Source: Macrostomum lignano
Taxonomy: Eukaryota
DNA length: 64,000 bases
Reading direction: 5' to 3'
Assembly: GCA_002269645.1 (NCBI GenBank)
Contig: NIVC01000067.1
Location: 682,001 to 746,000, forward strand
Shown piece after piece: positions 1 through 12,619 of this stretch; positions within the stretch are counted from its first letter, which is position 1; each line of letters begins with the position of its first letter. Below the pieces are notes generated by a model. That model was not told where the DNA came from. It searched no databases and worked only from the letters and a program-made list of their open reading frames with translations. The position numbers and the translations under genes are program-made.

Positions 1-1239
1 ATAATGTACATGTACTTTGTACAGCAGATGTATAATACGAGCGCACTGCATACATGTACATACTGATTGAGGGTTCTCATATACACTTGTAACATAATTT
101 AGCAGGCAGGTACGTTGCGTTTAGTTATAGTTAGTCAGTTAGTATTTACACACGAGTGCATCTTTAGAACTAACTGTTTTTGTGATGAATGCAATCTTAA
201 GATATCTGATGCACTGATTAACATTTTTTTAACATATGTACGAGCGTATTCCGTCACCATTTAATGCGCTAGAAATGATCGAACTACATAACATGATGTA
301 TGCATCTGAATAGATATATATAGACACAACAAAGCTGTGCTTTAAACATAGTCGAGTCAATATCCAAAGGTCAATTGAATTCTGACCCGGAATTTTAGTG
401 GTACTTTCTGCAGTACTAAGGGTACTGAATTATGCTGTAGGGAATTGAATATTAATCAATGCGTGATTCTTATTCATCATTCACAATTGGACTTTAAATC
501 ACTTAGTTACCTCAGTCGTCCTTGATCATTCAGTGCACATGCATGCATTGTCAGTATTCAGACGTTACGTAGTTCCATCAATTAGTTGATCAATAATTTA
601 TGTCATGATGAAGAGGTGCTTAACGCAGGGTTCCAGCAAATTTCAGCAAAGGAATTCAGAATAAGAAATTTGAAGGCGAAAATAAAAGCCTAATTTAATT
701 AACGTTTTCGGCGGTTTGATTTTTTCCCCGATTGATGAACAACGAATCGGCTATTCCTCACTTCAATCTTAGAGCTAAAAATCAAGGACCACTGTTTTAT
801 AAATGTTATACTACATTAGTTCTAGCTAAAAGTATTTCTGTAAGCATACATTTTTTAGCAAAACTATACTCACATGTACCAATTTTTGTAGATCAATAAT
901 GTAGAGAAAAAGCGTTTCCTCAGGCAAAATATTAGTAAAAAACTATTCAAATCTCATTAATCTTATTTTTTAACTTCAGGCATTCAAATTATTTGTGCTA
1001 TGATTCTCCTTTCGTACACAATAATATTGAGCCCCTGCTTTTGATGCTACATATTTCTGTTTGTAAACGAACCCATTCGTTATTTTACAGTTAAACGAGC
1101 GACTTCTAAATAAACTATAGGGTCGAATGATATTTACAAGCAGTGCCTTAACAGGTTTTTGCAATAATCATCCTATCTTTTCCAAATTTATTACGAATAT
1201 TTGTTTTAAAATTCCATCTTTACAACTTTTAAACTTGCC

Positions 1240-1619
1240 GGGTCTCCCTAAAACACGCACCGCACCGCCCCGAACCGCTACACATTATAACTTTTTTTGT
1301 CAATGCAGTATTTGATTGCAAAGAAAACTATTTGTTGTAAGAGTAACGGAATAAATATCTTTAATTATTATCATCAATATTATTATTATTTTTTATATTC
1401 TCGTTTTCATTATTAAATTATATTATTATTATTTTAATAATATTATTATTAATATCACTTATTATTCACCGAATTTTATATTTCATAGTAAAAAAACTAA
1501 ATTTAATAAAAACTTTAAAGCTTAACAGAAAACGCATTTTAAAGTGTCTTCAGTTACAGTCCAATTTGTTTTAATGTGTAGCGCTGCAGGGCGGTGCGGG
1601 GCGTGTTTTAGGGAGACCC
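1240..1619. mobile_element. Mutator-like MITE (380 bp)
   Basis: ~48-bp imperfect TIRs (gggtctccctaaaacacgc... at 1240; ...gcgtgttttagggagaccc ending 1619). Exact 9-bp TSD aaacttgcc at 1231-1239 and 1620-1628. AT-rich non-coding interior. Confidence 0.85.
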
Positions 1620-3865
1620 AAACTTGCCGTTGTAAATTAATATTGTTTTGTCTCAATTGTGTCGTTTTTATATTTTCAATAATACTTTACTCTATAATCT
1701 ATAGACTACACTTGGGGGCGTTGTGGGGGGATTTTATAGATATAAGCTTAGAAAAATAAGTAAAAGCCTTTAATTTTTTTAGTTTGGCCTATAAACTGCT
1801 TTTCATTGACTGCGGCTCATAGGTCTACTGCACTCTGTAGGCCTACTTGTACTTGTTAACTTGTACTTAGACCTAGGCTAGTAGTAGTTTTGATTGTGTT
1901 GTCATCATGTCATAGGTTGCGCTTCTCACCAAATTTTCTAGCACAGAAATGATTATTTGCCACACACAGCGCGCAGCCCACGCATCTCCTCAGTTCTATG
2001 CCACAAAGTACCAGCTAAGGCCTAATCTAAGTTCTAACTTACATTTCAAGTGTTTAATTTCATTTTCAAGATTGTTTAAAATGCATTTTTAGCCCTAAGC
2101 CTAGGCCTATGCAGTGCAGATTCATGCTTGAAAATAGTGCACATATAACACATGACAGATGGTGCATAGAATGTCTCCCAAAAATTAATTTTAGAATTAT
2201 TAGTTTTAATAGTGAGGTGCGGATGTTAGGCTTATTAACCACTCCTTTGTGGGCAGAAATGGAAGGCTCCAAGGGCACCATTAAGGTGATATTAAAATGA
2301 CATGAGCAGAATATACTTCTATAATTAAAGGTAGGCCCTATAGCAAGGTGGAGAATCTCAAGTCAAAGACAAAGTCAGAACTCTAGTTAGGCCCTAATTG
2401 GGCAGGGTGCCAGTTGTTTTGTTTGCCAATAGTTTGTTTACTAAGTAGGGCCTAGCCTAGACATAAAGTTTCTCTTTTTAAAACCATTTGTCAATTAGGA
2501 AATGGATAGGCCTAGGGGGGCTACGTATAAACTTGGCAATAATGAATAAACAAATTTGGTGACAGCAAAATCTTTGAAATTTTTTTCAATAGTTTTATTT
2601 TCATTGTTTTTTTAATAAAGCTTATTTTTCTTTTTATAGATGTTAAATGTATACCATAAAATAGTTTCTTGAAATTATAGAACTTATAGCATTTTTAGTT
2701 ATTAACAGAGTATAGAGACATTGTTAAATGGTTCCTTATCCCATTTCCTATCTGACCCCATTCCTTTCCCTTTTTATATTTCCTAATAGACATTCTTTAC
2801 TTGTTTACCTATACTTATTTCTACTAATCTGCATTGTTTTTTTTCCATTCTAAAGGTAACTACAGCTACTGATGTCAATTAGTTATATTTTGATAGGATT
2901 CGGCCTATAATTTTTCTCTATGGAGGTGTTTGATAGGTCTAACTTGCTGAATTTTTAATTTAAGCTTTATTACAATTCCTTCCTAGACCTCCTCATTCTC
3001 CTAATTTATCTACCTAATCTACAATAGACTTCCATGCCTCTATTAAAGTTTAGGTACATCAAATCAATTCCTATGAAGATTCTCCCCAAAGCCCCTACCA
3101 TTCCCCATGCCTTATTGTTGGTGGTTGTTAGCCTCCCCTCACTCCCATCCAATCTCCTAAGACTTGCCTTCTCCCCTCAGCCTTCAAATTTATCTACCTA
3201 ATCTACAATAGACCCCCATGCCTCTATTGAAGTTTAGGTATAAAAAATCATTCTCTATGAATATTCTCCCCATCCTAAACCCCCCCCATTCTCTATGCCC
3301 CAGTGGTTGGCTTTAAGCTACAAAAAATAAAGCTCAAATTTGAAATCAGCACTATCAAAAACCTTCATAGAGATAAATTATGATCCTATCAAAACTGGAA
3401 CTATTTTATCTATCTAAGGTTCAAGAAGTCCAATAAATGAACTAGAAACCCTTGGGCATATATGTGGCTAGGCTTAATCCTAGAGCCTATGACTCCTAAA
3501 AGGTAAATTGGGCCAATATGTATGCAATACAAGCATGAAATAAGCCTAGGCCTAGATATTAGAATTATATACATTACTCAATTGCTAACTTAGTCTAAAT
3601 TATTATATTGGTGCAACTAGTTTGCCTCTAGCAGGTTTAACTTAAGGCTTAGTGATTGACTTATTAAATATAGTGCTTTATTTAGCTTCCTCAAAACATA
3701 ATTATTAAATAATTGTTTTTTATTTCTATTTTTCTAATCATTTAGCTACTAAATGATATCTTTTAGCCTATTATATATAAGACCCCAATATGTACAGTCA
3801 TTTCATATGCTACCTTTATCATATGTTAGCAGACAATACAACTTTTTGAAAATAATAAAATAGTT

Positions 3866-4400
3866 ACATATATAAGGATATTCCAAAAGTTTTGCAATTT
3901 GACTAGTTAAAGTTTTTTCTGCCAAATGTCTCTATTATAATCCTTCAAAGTAGACTTCTTGGAACTATAAATACTTGTTTGCTCTTCAAAGCCACTTGTT
4001 CATAAGGCCCTTGAACTCTTCAATGGGATGCCATCAATTGCCTCCTTTGCCACCTGCTCTAGCTCCTTGTTGGACTAAAACCTGCACCCCCTAAGTGACT
4101 TTTAGGGGGGTAAGTAGGGTAAGTGTGATGGACAATGCCCTCTTGGTCTAGGAATGCTCAAGTTGCAATAGCCATGTGGGTGGGGGCATTGTTGTAATGA
4201 GCTTCTGCCCTCACATTCCCATCCTTGGCACCCTCTGGGTCACATTGTCAATCACAACTGGCAAGCACTCTTCAGTGTACCATTGAGCAGTGACAATAGC
4301 TTGACCCTCTAGCTTCACTATCGCACCACACCATATGAGTGTTGTTGAATTTCGTTTTTTGATCATCGAAGGGCTAAAAAAGTAGAACTTTGGACTCTTG
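3866..4400 (-). mobile_element. Decayed mariner (Tc1/mariner) transposase, 3' part
   Basis: Minus-strand fragments with stops and frameshifts: IVKLEGQAIVTAQWYTEECLP, HYNNAPTHMAIAT*AFLDQEGIV (cf. HHDNAPAH), YPTYPPKS (cf. HPPYSPDL), IPIEEFKGLMNKW...YFEGL* (stop near 3935). TIR-like tatataaggatattccaaaag near 3870. Confidence 0.75.
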
Positions 4401-4604
4401 ATTGCTCTTCAGAGTTTTTAAACATGATAAATCAAGTGTTTGACTAAAATCAAGTCAACAAATTTTATGTACATGAAAAAGTTTCATCAAAAACAAACAA
4501 CAACCTCTCTACTTTTAGTAGTCTCAAAGTTTTTACTTAATCCTTAGTTTTTACTAATTGGTTAATCCAGCATCCCTGCCAACATCCCCGCAGCAGCTAG
4601 TGCA

Positions 4605-4889
4605 ATGACCAAGGGTACCACCAGTTTTGGAAAGCGGCACAACAAGTCGCACACCCAGTGCCGCCGCTGCGGCCGCAAGTCCTATCACGTGCAGAAGAAG
4701 ACTTGCTCCTCCTGCGGCTACCCGGCCGCCAGAATCCGGCACTTTAACTGGGCCAAGAAGGCGCAGCGCAGGCGCACCACTGGCACCGGGCGGATGCGCC
4801 ATCTCAAAGTTGTGCACCGCCGGTTCAACTATGGATTCCGCACTGGCCAGACAAAACCGTGCGCTCCTAAGGCTGCTGGCAACGCTTGA
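4605..4889 (+). CDS. RPL37: 60S ribosomal protein L37 (eL37), intronless CDS, 94 aa
   Basis: [23 protein letters not shown]...[32 protein letters not shown] is the eL37 signature with both CxxC pairs intact; uninterrupted ORF. Confidence 0.97.
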   Translation: MTKGTTSFGKRHNKSHTQCRRCGRKSYHVQKKTCSSCGYPAARIRHFNWAKKAQRRRTTGTGRMRHLKVVHRRFNYGFRTGQTKPCAPKAAGNA

Positions 4890-5171
4890 ATGCGCTGATC
4901 AAACTGATTGAACTATAGCTCATTGGAAGGGACTGGATGTCTGATTGGTGGACTAAGATGTTAGTCACTATGTTGCTGCCTGTGCCCTGATGTGCACGTG
5001 TTGAACTGATTGGTAAAAAAAAGTAAATTGAAACAAGCTGTCCCTCGTCTTCTGCGGAATCAAACGTGTTTCAATTTGTCTTCTTTCTTTTTTGCTTGCA
5101 GTTTTACTTTAAGTAGTTCAAGTAGCTTTGTTTAAGTTAGCTCACGTATTAAGCATATTCCCATGTTGAGA

Positions 5172-5220
5172 GGGGTTGTAGCCTAGTGTTTAGACTGTCG
5201 GACTCACTAAAGGTGCCAGC
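5172..5220 (+). mobile_element. Internally deleted copy of the tRNA-derived SINE at 5627
   Basis: ggggttgtagcctagtg...ggactcacta matches the head of the 5627 SINE and joins directly to ggtgccagc, which lies about 100 bp further on in the full copy. Confidence 0.65.
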
Positions 5221-5626
5221 AATCATGAAAGCTTCACATTTTCCCCGCCTATCCATCAATTATCAACAGAGCGCGCGCTTACTGAAGAATGATCCCAAAA
5301 TGGAGGGGATAAAATAAAAACAAATAGATTTCTAAGAAACAGCATAAAATGACGGCGAAGGCGAGTCGCATTTGCAGTCCCAAACTTAGTGCAGCTGTCA
5401 GGCATATCGATAGCAGCTTCCTGCATTTCTGAGCCCAGAGAGACTGGCTTCAGTTGGATAAATTGAATTTTCTGATTTTCTCCTAGAAGATTTTCTGCGC
5501 AATTTCTGTCGCGTGTGCCTGAGCGGGCTTAAAGGCTCGCTAATCTCTCGAATTCTTTCGTCTTGGCAGTTGATTTTTTTGCAAGCACAATGCTCCGGGA
5601 AATATTCTGAGCACATATTTATCGAT

Positions 5627-5925
5627 GGGGGTTGTAGCCTAGTGGTTTACAACAAGCGCCGGACTCACTAGTGAAAGTCGGGGGTTCGATTCTCAACCCA
5701 CTCGGAACGATTTGTGTCCTTGAGCAAGACACTTAACTCTGTATTGCTTCGGTTCACCCAGCTGTAAAATGGGTGCCAGCATTAGCTGGGGTAATTAAGG
5801 GTTTACATAGCGACCCCCCAGTCCTTGGACTGAACAGCCGTACGCATCCTTCAGATGCGCCGGGCAATAGCTGCGGCTGAGTTGTCGGTTGCACATCTTG
5901 GTCATTAGGCAGGTGTAATAAAAAA
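5627..5925 (+). mobile_element. tRNA-derived SINE with CORE-like domain
   Basis: A-box (tagcctagtgg) and B-box (ggttcgattc), then tgtgtccttgagcaagacacttaac...cagctgtaaaatgggt resembling the MIR/CORE consensus; A-rich tail near 5915-5925. Confidence 0.8.
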
Positions 5926-6198
5926 GATTTTAATAATTTTGCTCAACTCGGGAGTTCTCTGTTAGATTTTTATTTACTGCTTTATATTTATTAGAGATGT
6001 TGCTCAGATCAGTGCGCGAACTATTTCAAAAGTAAGAGTTTAATTGTTAGTTTATTAGTGCAATTATAAACTCAGACGGGTGCGTTATTTAGGAGATTTG
6101 TGTCAGTGTAGTGTGCTGTTCGGTTATGATAATATTCCAGTCAGGCTAGTTATAATCAGAGTTAGCAAAGTTCCGCTAAGCACATTGGCCTTGCATCC

Positions 6199-8538
6199 TC
6201 AATGGTGAGACCTGCCGCCCTGCTCGAAGAACATGAAGTCCTGCGGGTTAGCAACGGTGGAAGAAAGTGCTCTGGTTAATAAATGCGCGCTGAACAGGAA
6301 AGCCTGTCTCTGTAATTTGATCGTTCAAATTTAAACAAAAGAACTAGCATACTGGTGAAGCTAGTTAATTAGCATAGCCATAGCCGCTTTTTGATTTGTT
6401 AGTTCAGGTACCAGGAAGGCTTAAGCAACTTACAATGAGAAAGCAGGCCCCAAGCACTACGGCCTTGAGCTTCACGTCCAAATCGACGGGAAATGCGATG
6501 CCGAAATTGTCAGCATCCGTGAAGTATTCCTGCATCAGGTTGGACCATTGTTTAGATACGCGGCCTATTTCTAATCCGCTGTCCTTGGCAACAAGCTGCA
6601 ATTATTGAATGCATATTATCGATCTTCGAGTTGGTTAGCATTAGAGCATTGAAAGTTTGAATTTGGCTCACCTTGAACGGTATATCGTCTCCTGGGCAGT
6701 AGCACTTACAATAGGACGGCCCGTCTATAATAAACACGGTGTTGTCGCGCTCGTCAATAATGTTATACCTGATCTGGCAGGCCCCGTACACCTGGGTCAC
6801 CTTGCCCACTTTGACACCGGGAGGCGCTTCCACTGTCACTTCGTCGAAGCAGCACTTGCAACAGGAGAATAGCTGATGGTAGCACATGCACTTGTACGGC
6901 CGGCTCACGTGGATCACCTCGTTGCCCATGTTGTCCTCGATGGCCAGTTCGAATGGGCGCTGTGGTCCGCAGCACTGCCTGACGCAGGTGTCGGAGGCTG
7001 CAATTTCAATAAATTCCTTTAGCAAATCAAAGCGATGCGCTATGAAATTTGACTCGAAAAAACCTAAAATTTTTAAAAACCAAATCTTAGAAGTGTCTAA
7101 CACGAGGCAAACTATGAAAAAGATTTTTTTAAATCGACAAAAATGGTACGCTGCTTTTCAAAGTAAAGTATCTATTGTGATCATTTTAGTCGGAGAGAAC
7201 AATAGTAGAATTTTATCATGAATAGATTATTCATTAAGGGTTGTCTAAGAAGCTATGTTTACTTTTCATTGTGGCGAAAGCGACTCAAAATACCCTGATG
7301 TAATACTTGTCTTAACTATTCTACTTCATGCGAGACGCTAGCGAGCCAGGATGCGAGCCCGAGGCATGTTAAAAGAATACCGCATTGTCGGCCGCCGCCT
7401 GCCCTCCGAAGCGGTGCCGCAGCCGCCGCTCTACGAGATGCGCATTTTCGCCACCGACTCGGTGACCGCCAAGTCCCGATTCTGGTACTTTGTGCGCCAT
7501 CTGAAGAAGCTAAAGAAAATGCACGGTGAGGTGCTCCAGTGCAAGATTGTGCCCCCAAAAAAGGCCCTGCGCGTGAAAAACTACGGCGTTTGGCTGCGCT
7601 ACAACTCGCGTAGCGGCACTCATAATATGTACAAGGAGTACCGGGACATGACCCCGGCCGCCGCAATCACCCAGTGCTACCGGGAGATGGGTGCCAGGCA
7701 CAGGGCTAGAGCCTCCTCTATTCACATCCTCAAGATCAAGGAGATCGCCTCCAAGGACTGCAAGCGCCCCTGCGTTACGCAGTTCCACGACAGCAAGCTG
7801 AAGTTCCCGCTGCCGCACCGCGTTCACCGCAGGCTGCACGCTCCGCGGTTCACCACCGTTCGGCCGAAGACCACCTTTTGAATGAGTAGCTTTATGAATT
7901 TGCGAGGGCTTGTTACCCTCAGACTGTGAATTTTGATTGTTCCGCTTGCTGCGACCCGGCCATTGTTGGCTATTTTGAGACTGAGACAATAAATGGTCTG
8001 AGTTGGATTGTTTCTCCCACTTCGTCATCTGGGAGCATGGAATAAGAAAAAACTATTCTTGAAATTATTGTTTTTTACTTTCTGCAGCTTAAATTGAGCT
8101 CTATTTATCTGGGGATGGGGCATGGCATCTCTTGAAGAAAATGATTGAGCCATAAAACTATATTAGAACGTACACTCTTTAGCGTAGTAGACCTGCTGGC
8201 CCATTGAGTTGCGGACAACGTACTTATTCTGCATCTCGATGCCCGACATCACTGCAATCGGCGTTGGGAGATGGATTGGAAGATTTGCACAAGGGACTAA
8301 ATTATTTAAAAGAATTATTAAAATTGAGCTCACTTTCAAAGAATTCCTTTTTCTGCTTGATTAGCACCTGATCCAGCACGGTGAGGTATTCAAGGCCGTT
8401 TGGGCAACCGCTTGTCACGGCTGTAGGCTGGGACATCCATTGCATTTGCTGACCGGTTATTGCCGGTATGGTAACTGGCTGTTGCTGCGGATGCTGCTGC
8501 TGCTGTTTCTGGGCCATTGGTTGCACCTTGTTGTCCAT
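6199..8538 (-). CDS. PLSCR: Phospholipid scramblase (PLSCR family), 5 exons, ~270 aa
   Basis: Exons 8538-8334, 8251-8174, 6997-6672, 6595-6434, 6240-6199, all GT-AG with consistent phases. Motifs [49 protein letters not shown], Cys-rich CMC...[39 protein letters not shown]. Confidence 0.95.
7351..7881 (+). CDS. RPL18A: 60S ribosomal protein L18a (eL20), intronless, nested antisense in scramblase intron 2
   Basis: [12 protein letters not shown]...LYEMRIFA...[47 protein letters not shown]; intact 176-aa ORF; AATAAA at 7988-7993. Confidence 0.97.
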   Translation: MRARGMLKEYRIVGRRLPSEAVPQPPLYEMRIFATDSVTAKSRFWYFVRHLKKLKKMHGEVLQCKIVPPKKALRVKNYGVWLRYNSRSGTHNMYKEYRDMTPAAAITQCYREMGARHRARASSIHILKIKEIASKDCKRPCVTQFHDSKLKFPLPHRVHRRLHAPRFTTVRPKTTF

Positions 8539-8963
8539 TCCTTTTCCTAGCGGCTTCTGAGCTGCAGAGTTAAATAGTTATCGGCTGACTTCAGTCGAAG
8601 GCCATCAACTCAATTTCATGGCGATGCCTGTTATGCCAACAAGCCTTTTTGCCGCTATCAAATTTCTACGGATTTTCGACGCCGAAAATCTTTGTCTAGA
8701 GACAGCTTGAGTTACGTTGTCATGGAAATTTGCCAACAAAGTTTCCTTTGACTAGCTAACGGAATCTAACGGTCCTTTGTCAGAATCCCTTTGTTAGTTT
8801 GTGGATCTTTAACCTTTTGTCTCTACACAGGCCACGCTGCCTTAACAGTCTCATTTTGTTTTATTAATCTCTTCTGTGTCAAAAAGTTTTCCAACAATTG
8901 ACTGGCCTAATATAGTCAGGTTTAATACTTTACTTTAGATGGTCTTGTTGATCTGAAAAGGCC

Positions 8964-9447
8964 TCAACATTTGCACAGGTCCCCTGATCTATAGAAGCTC
9001 ATCCCAAATTTGCACGGGCCCTCTTCTGATCTATAGAAGCCCATCCCACATTTGCACGGGCCCTCTTCTGATCTATAGAAGCCCATCCCACATTTGCACG
9101 GGCCCTCTTCTGATCTATAGAAGCTCATCCCACATTTGCACGGGCCCTCTTCTGATCTATAGAAGCCCATCCCACATTTGCACGGGCCCTCTTCTGATCT
9201 ATAGAAGCTCATCCCACATTTGCACGGGCCCTCTTCTGATCTATAGAAGCCCATCCCACATTTGCACGGGCCCTCTTCTGATCTATAGAAGCTCATCCCA
9301 CATTTGTACGGGCCCTCTTCTGATCTATAGAAGCTCATCCCACATTTGTACGGGCCCTCTTCTGATCTATAGAAGCTCATCCCACATTTGCACGGGCCCT
9401 CTTCTCATTTATAGAAGCTCATCCCACATTTGCACGGGCCCTCTTCT
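8964..9447. repeat. 39-bp minisatellite (~12 copies)
   Basis: Unit cccacatttgcacgggccctcttctgatctatagaagct. Confidence 0.95.
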
Positions 9448-10051
9448 TCCCTCAAGATTTGCTCGAACTCTCTTGATCTATAGAAGCCACTCAGACCATT
9501 TTAAACCGTTCTAGGCCACCGATTCCATGGTCTGGCATCGATGTTTATTGTATTGTAAATATATACGGTGTATAAGTAGCGAGTACCATACTATACAGCA
9601 CTTATTAGCCTCACCGTTCGCAATGTCCTGTATCTTCGAAGGTTCTCACCGATCGACGTTCAGTAAAGATTGCTCAGCAACGTTACCCGCGTTCAAGCTT
9701 CTATTTTTTTCTATTTGCATTTCTCTTTTAACCTGGGCTTATCTTCACACTGCTTCTCCCACCTTTCTATGTACTTCCAATGAGTGCACTTGTTAGACTA
9801 CCCGACTCGGTCCAATCGCCTGAGCGCTTGATTCTCACTCGTTGTCATGGCAACTATTGTTGAAACTGTGCTTCTTAAGTTTTAAAAAAGACCGACTGGA
9901 AAAAACAAGTTCGCATTCCACCGCTTGGGATTCCGTGTGTGACAAGCAAATATTGAAGACAATGTTTAAAGATTTCTTTGAAAGCGCACACATTTCCACA
10001 TTTACAGCGGGCCTTAAGATTACCAGAAATTCTCTTTTTAGTCTTGTTTAG

Positions 10052-11185
10052 CACCAGGTGCAGGACACTGGAGGGTGTAAGGACACCAGGTGTAGGACAC
10101 TAGAGGGTGTAAGGACACCAGGTTAAGGACACTGGAGGGTGTAAGGACACCAGGTTAAGGACACTGGAGGGTGTAAGGACACCAGGTGTAGGACACTGGA
10201 GGGTGTAAGGACACCAGGTGTAGGACACTGGAGGGTGTAAGGACACCAGGTTAAGGACACTGGAGGGTGTAAGGACACCAGGTGTAGGACACTGGAGGGT
10301 GTAAGGACACCAGGTTAAGGACACTGGAGGGTGTAAGGACACCAGGTGTAGGACACTGGAGGGTGTAAGGACACCAGGTTAAGGACACTGGAGGGTGTAA
10401 GGACACCAGGTGTAGGACACTGGAGGGTGTAAGGACACCAGGGGATGGACAATGGAGGGTGTAAGGACACCAGGGGATGGACAATGGAGGGTGTAAGGAC
10501 ACAAGGTGAAGGACACTGGAGGGTGTAAGGACACCAGGTGAAGGACACTGGAGGGTGTAAGGACACCAGATGAAGGACACTGGAGCGTGTAAGGACACCA
10601 GATGAAGGACACTGGAAGGTGTAAGGACACCAGGGGATGGACACTGGAGGGTGTAAGGACACCAGGTGAAGGACACTGGAGGGTGTAAGGACACCAGGGG
10701 ATGGACAATGGAGGGTGTAAGGACACCAGGGGATGGACAATGGAGGGTGTAAGGACACCAGGGGATGGACAATGGAGGGTGTAAGGACACCAGGGGATGG
10801 ACAATGGAGGGTGTAAGGACACCAGGGGATGGACAATGGAGGGTGTAAGGACACGAGGTTAAGGACACTGGAGGGTATAAGGACACCAGGTTAAGGACAA
10901 TGGAGGGTGTGAGGACACCAGGTGAAGGACGCTGGAGCTGGAGGGTGTAAGGACACCAGGTGAAGGACACTGGAGGGTGTAAGGACACCAGGTGAAGGAC
11001 ACTGGAGGGTGTAAGGACACCAGATGAAGGACACTGGAGGTTGTAAGGACACCAGATGAAGGACACTGGAGGGTGTAAGGACACCAGATGAAGGACACTG
11101 GAGGGTGTAAGGGCACCAGGTTAAGGACACTGGAGGATGTAAGGACACAAGGTGAAGGACACTGGAGGGTGTAAGGACACCAGGG
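10052..11185. repeat. 32-bp minisatellite built from 16-bp subunits
   Basis: Unit aggacactggagggtgtaaggacaccaggtgt with variants. Confidence 0.95.
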
Positions 11186-11420
11186 GAGGGAGACTAGAAT
11201 GATGGACAGCGTGTGTAAAGCGAAACGGTTCTTGAATGGTGCCAGCACTTCCTCTTACCTGGGATGCACTTTAATTTAAAATACAGATACAACGATCAAA
11301 CAGAAAATGATTGAAGTTGACTTTGATCATCTGTAAGCAGCAATTTTCGTGAACGACGCATGAGATTTTTGACGGATTAACTATGTATACATGTACACCG
11401 CAAATGCTCAGTGAGCGATC

Positions 11421-11596
11421 AGTGGCGTAGCCAGGATTGGGTCGGGAAAGGGGTGTCTGTGCTAATCTGGCTGCTTTCAGTGTCGAACTTTTAAGAACTT
11501 GGCAATTCACCGCCTCGCCCTCCTTAACTGGATGGGCTTTGATATCCCTTCCTTGCGGCAACAACTTGCGCTGTGGATGATCCTGGCTACGCCACT
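11421..11596. mobile_element. Small MITE with hAT-like TIRs
   Basis: Perfect 17-bp TIR agtggcgtagccaggat / atcctggctacgccact; no TSD recognisable. Confidence 0.7.
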
Positions 11597-11694
11597 ACAA
11601 CAACGAAGCAACTGCAACAAAAAACTGAGCAACAAGCTGGTTTGAGTTGTAATTAACACGTATATGAGCCGTAAGTAGTTTGTACCCGCTTTGC

Positions 11695-11978
<284 letters not shown>

Positions 11979-11996
11979 TTGAGCATCTACATGTAT

Positions 11997-12312
11997 TCAG
12001 CTCTGGCCGCCCCCTCCGCCGTCCTCGAAGCACTCCGGACCGACGTTGCACTCCTGCTGTCTCCAGGCGGCCACCTTGTAGGAGTTGTGCTTCACCGCCC
12101 TCCTGCTCACTGACCGGTTGTCCGCGTCAACCGAAGTGCCCACCGCGGCCGAGCGAACTCGGCTTCGCGTCATCGAGCGGCTGGCTGTTGGGGCGCTCTG
12201 GAAACTGCGGCCGCCGTTCTCCGCCCCGGCGCCTCCGCCGCCACCGCTGCTGCCGCCGCCGCCACCCAGTGTTGCCGGCGTTGCAGTCATTGAAGCGTCC
12301 AGTGCGATGTAC
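11997..12312 (-). CDS. Putative terminal coding exon, possibly an alternative C-terminus of the SLC16-like gene
   Basis: GC-rich open frame YIALDASMTATPATLGGGG...GGGGGQS* after a pyrimidine-rich acceptor (ttcgcctcttcgcag, AG ending at 12313); no recognisable domain. Confidence 0.45.
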
Positions 12313-12364
12313 CTGCGAAGAGGCGAACAGAGGGAAGCCACGCCTAAAGACACCCGTGCTTGCT

Positions 12365-12615
12365 GGGGGCAGAGCAGCTCAGCGGGGTAAACGGATCTGA
12401 CTCTCGCGCCGCGACTCCAGGTTCGATTCTGTTCTGTCCTGTTCCCCCGAGGAACAGAGAGTGTACATCATTCCTAACGATAAACAAAGTTAGGGACACT
12501 GTACCCCCTCTGTGTGAGCGTGTCAGGGGCCAGCGGAATGGTCATGACTAGCTAGCTAAGCCCTGGCTATTATCCGTGAGCCATGCCTGAAACTACAAAC
12601 TAAAACCATAATTAA
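12365..12615 (+). mobile_element. tRNA-derived SINE or tRNA pseudogene head
   Basis: 73-nt tRNA-like segment 12367-12439 with a 7-bp acceptor stem (GGGCAGA/TCTGTCC), A-box-like agctcagcgg and B-box ggttcgattc, but no anticodon stem; body ends in an A-rich tail. Confidence 0.6.
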
Positions 12616-12619
12616 AACT

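Noticed and set aside
2990-3300. Degenerate ~185-bp tandem duplication (aatttatctacctaatctacaatagac)
   Set aside because: Real but old and non-coding, with no termini or function I can support.
4605-4889. rpL37 also nested within the scramblase gene
   Set aside because: The scramblase CDS ends at 6199, so rpL37 is downstream of it unless there is an unseen long 3'UTR.
5627-5700. Functional tRNA gene
   Set aside because: No cloverleaf; it continues directly into a CORE-like SINE body.
12367-12439. Functional tRNA gene
   Set aside because: Acceptor stem and B-box are present, but the anticodon stem does not pair and the D-arm is degenerate; better explained as a SINE head.
12500-12545. Mini first exon (MTIPLAPDTLTQRG) of a separate operon gene splicing to 12312
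   Set aside because: Phase-compatible, but it lies inside the antisense SINE body and the donor is weak; likely chance.
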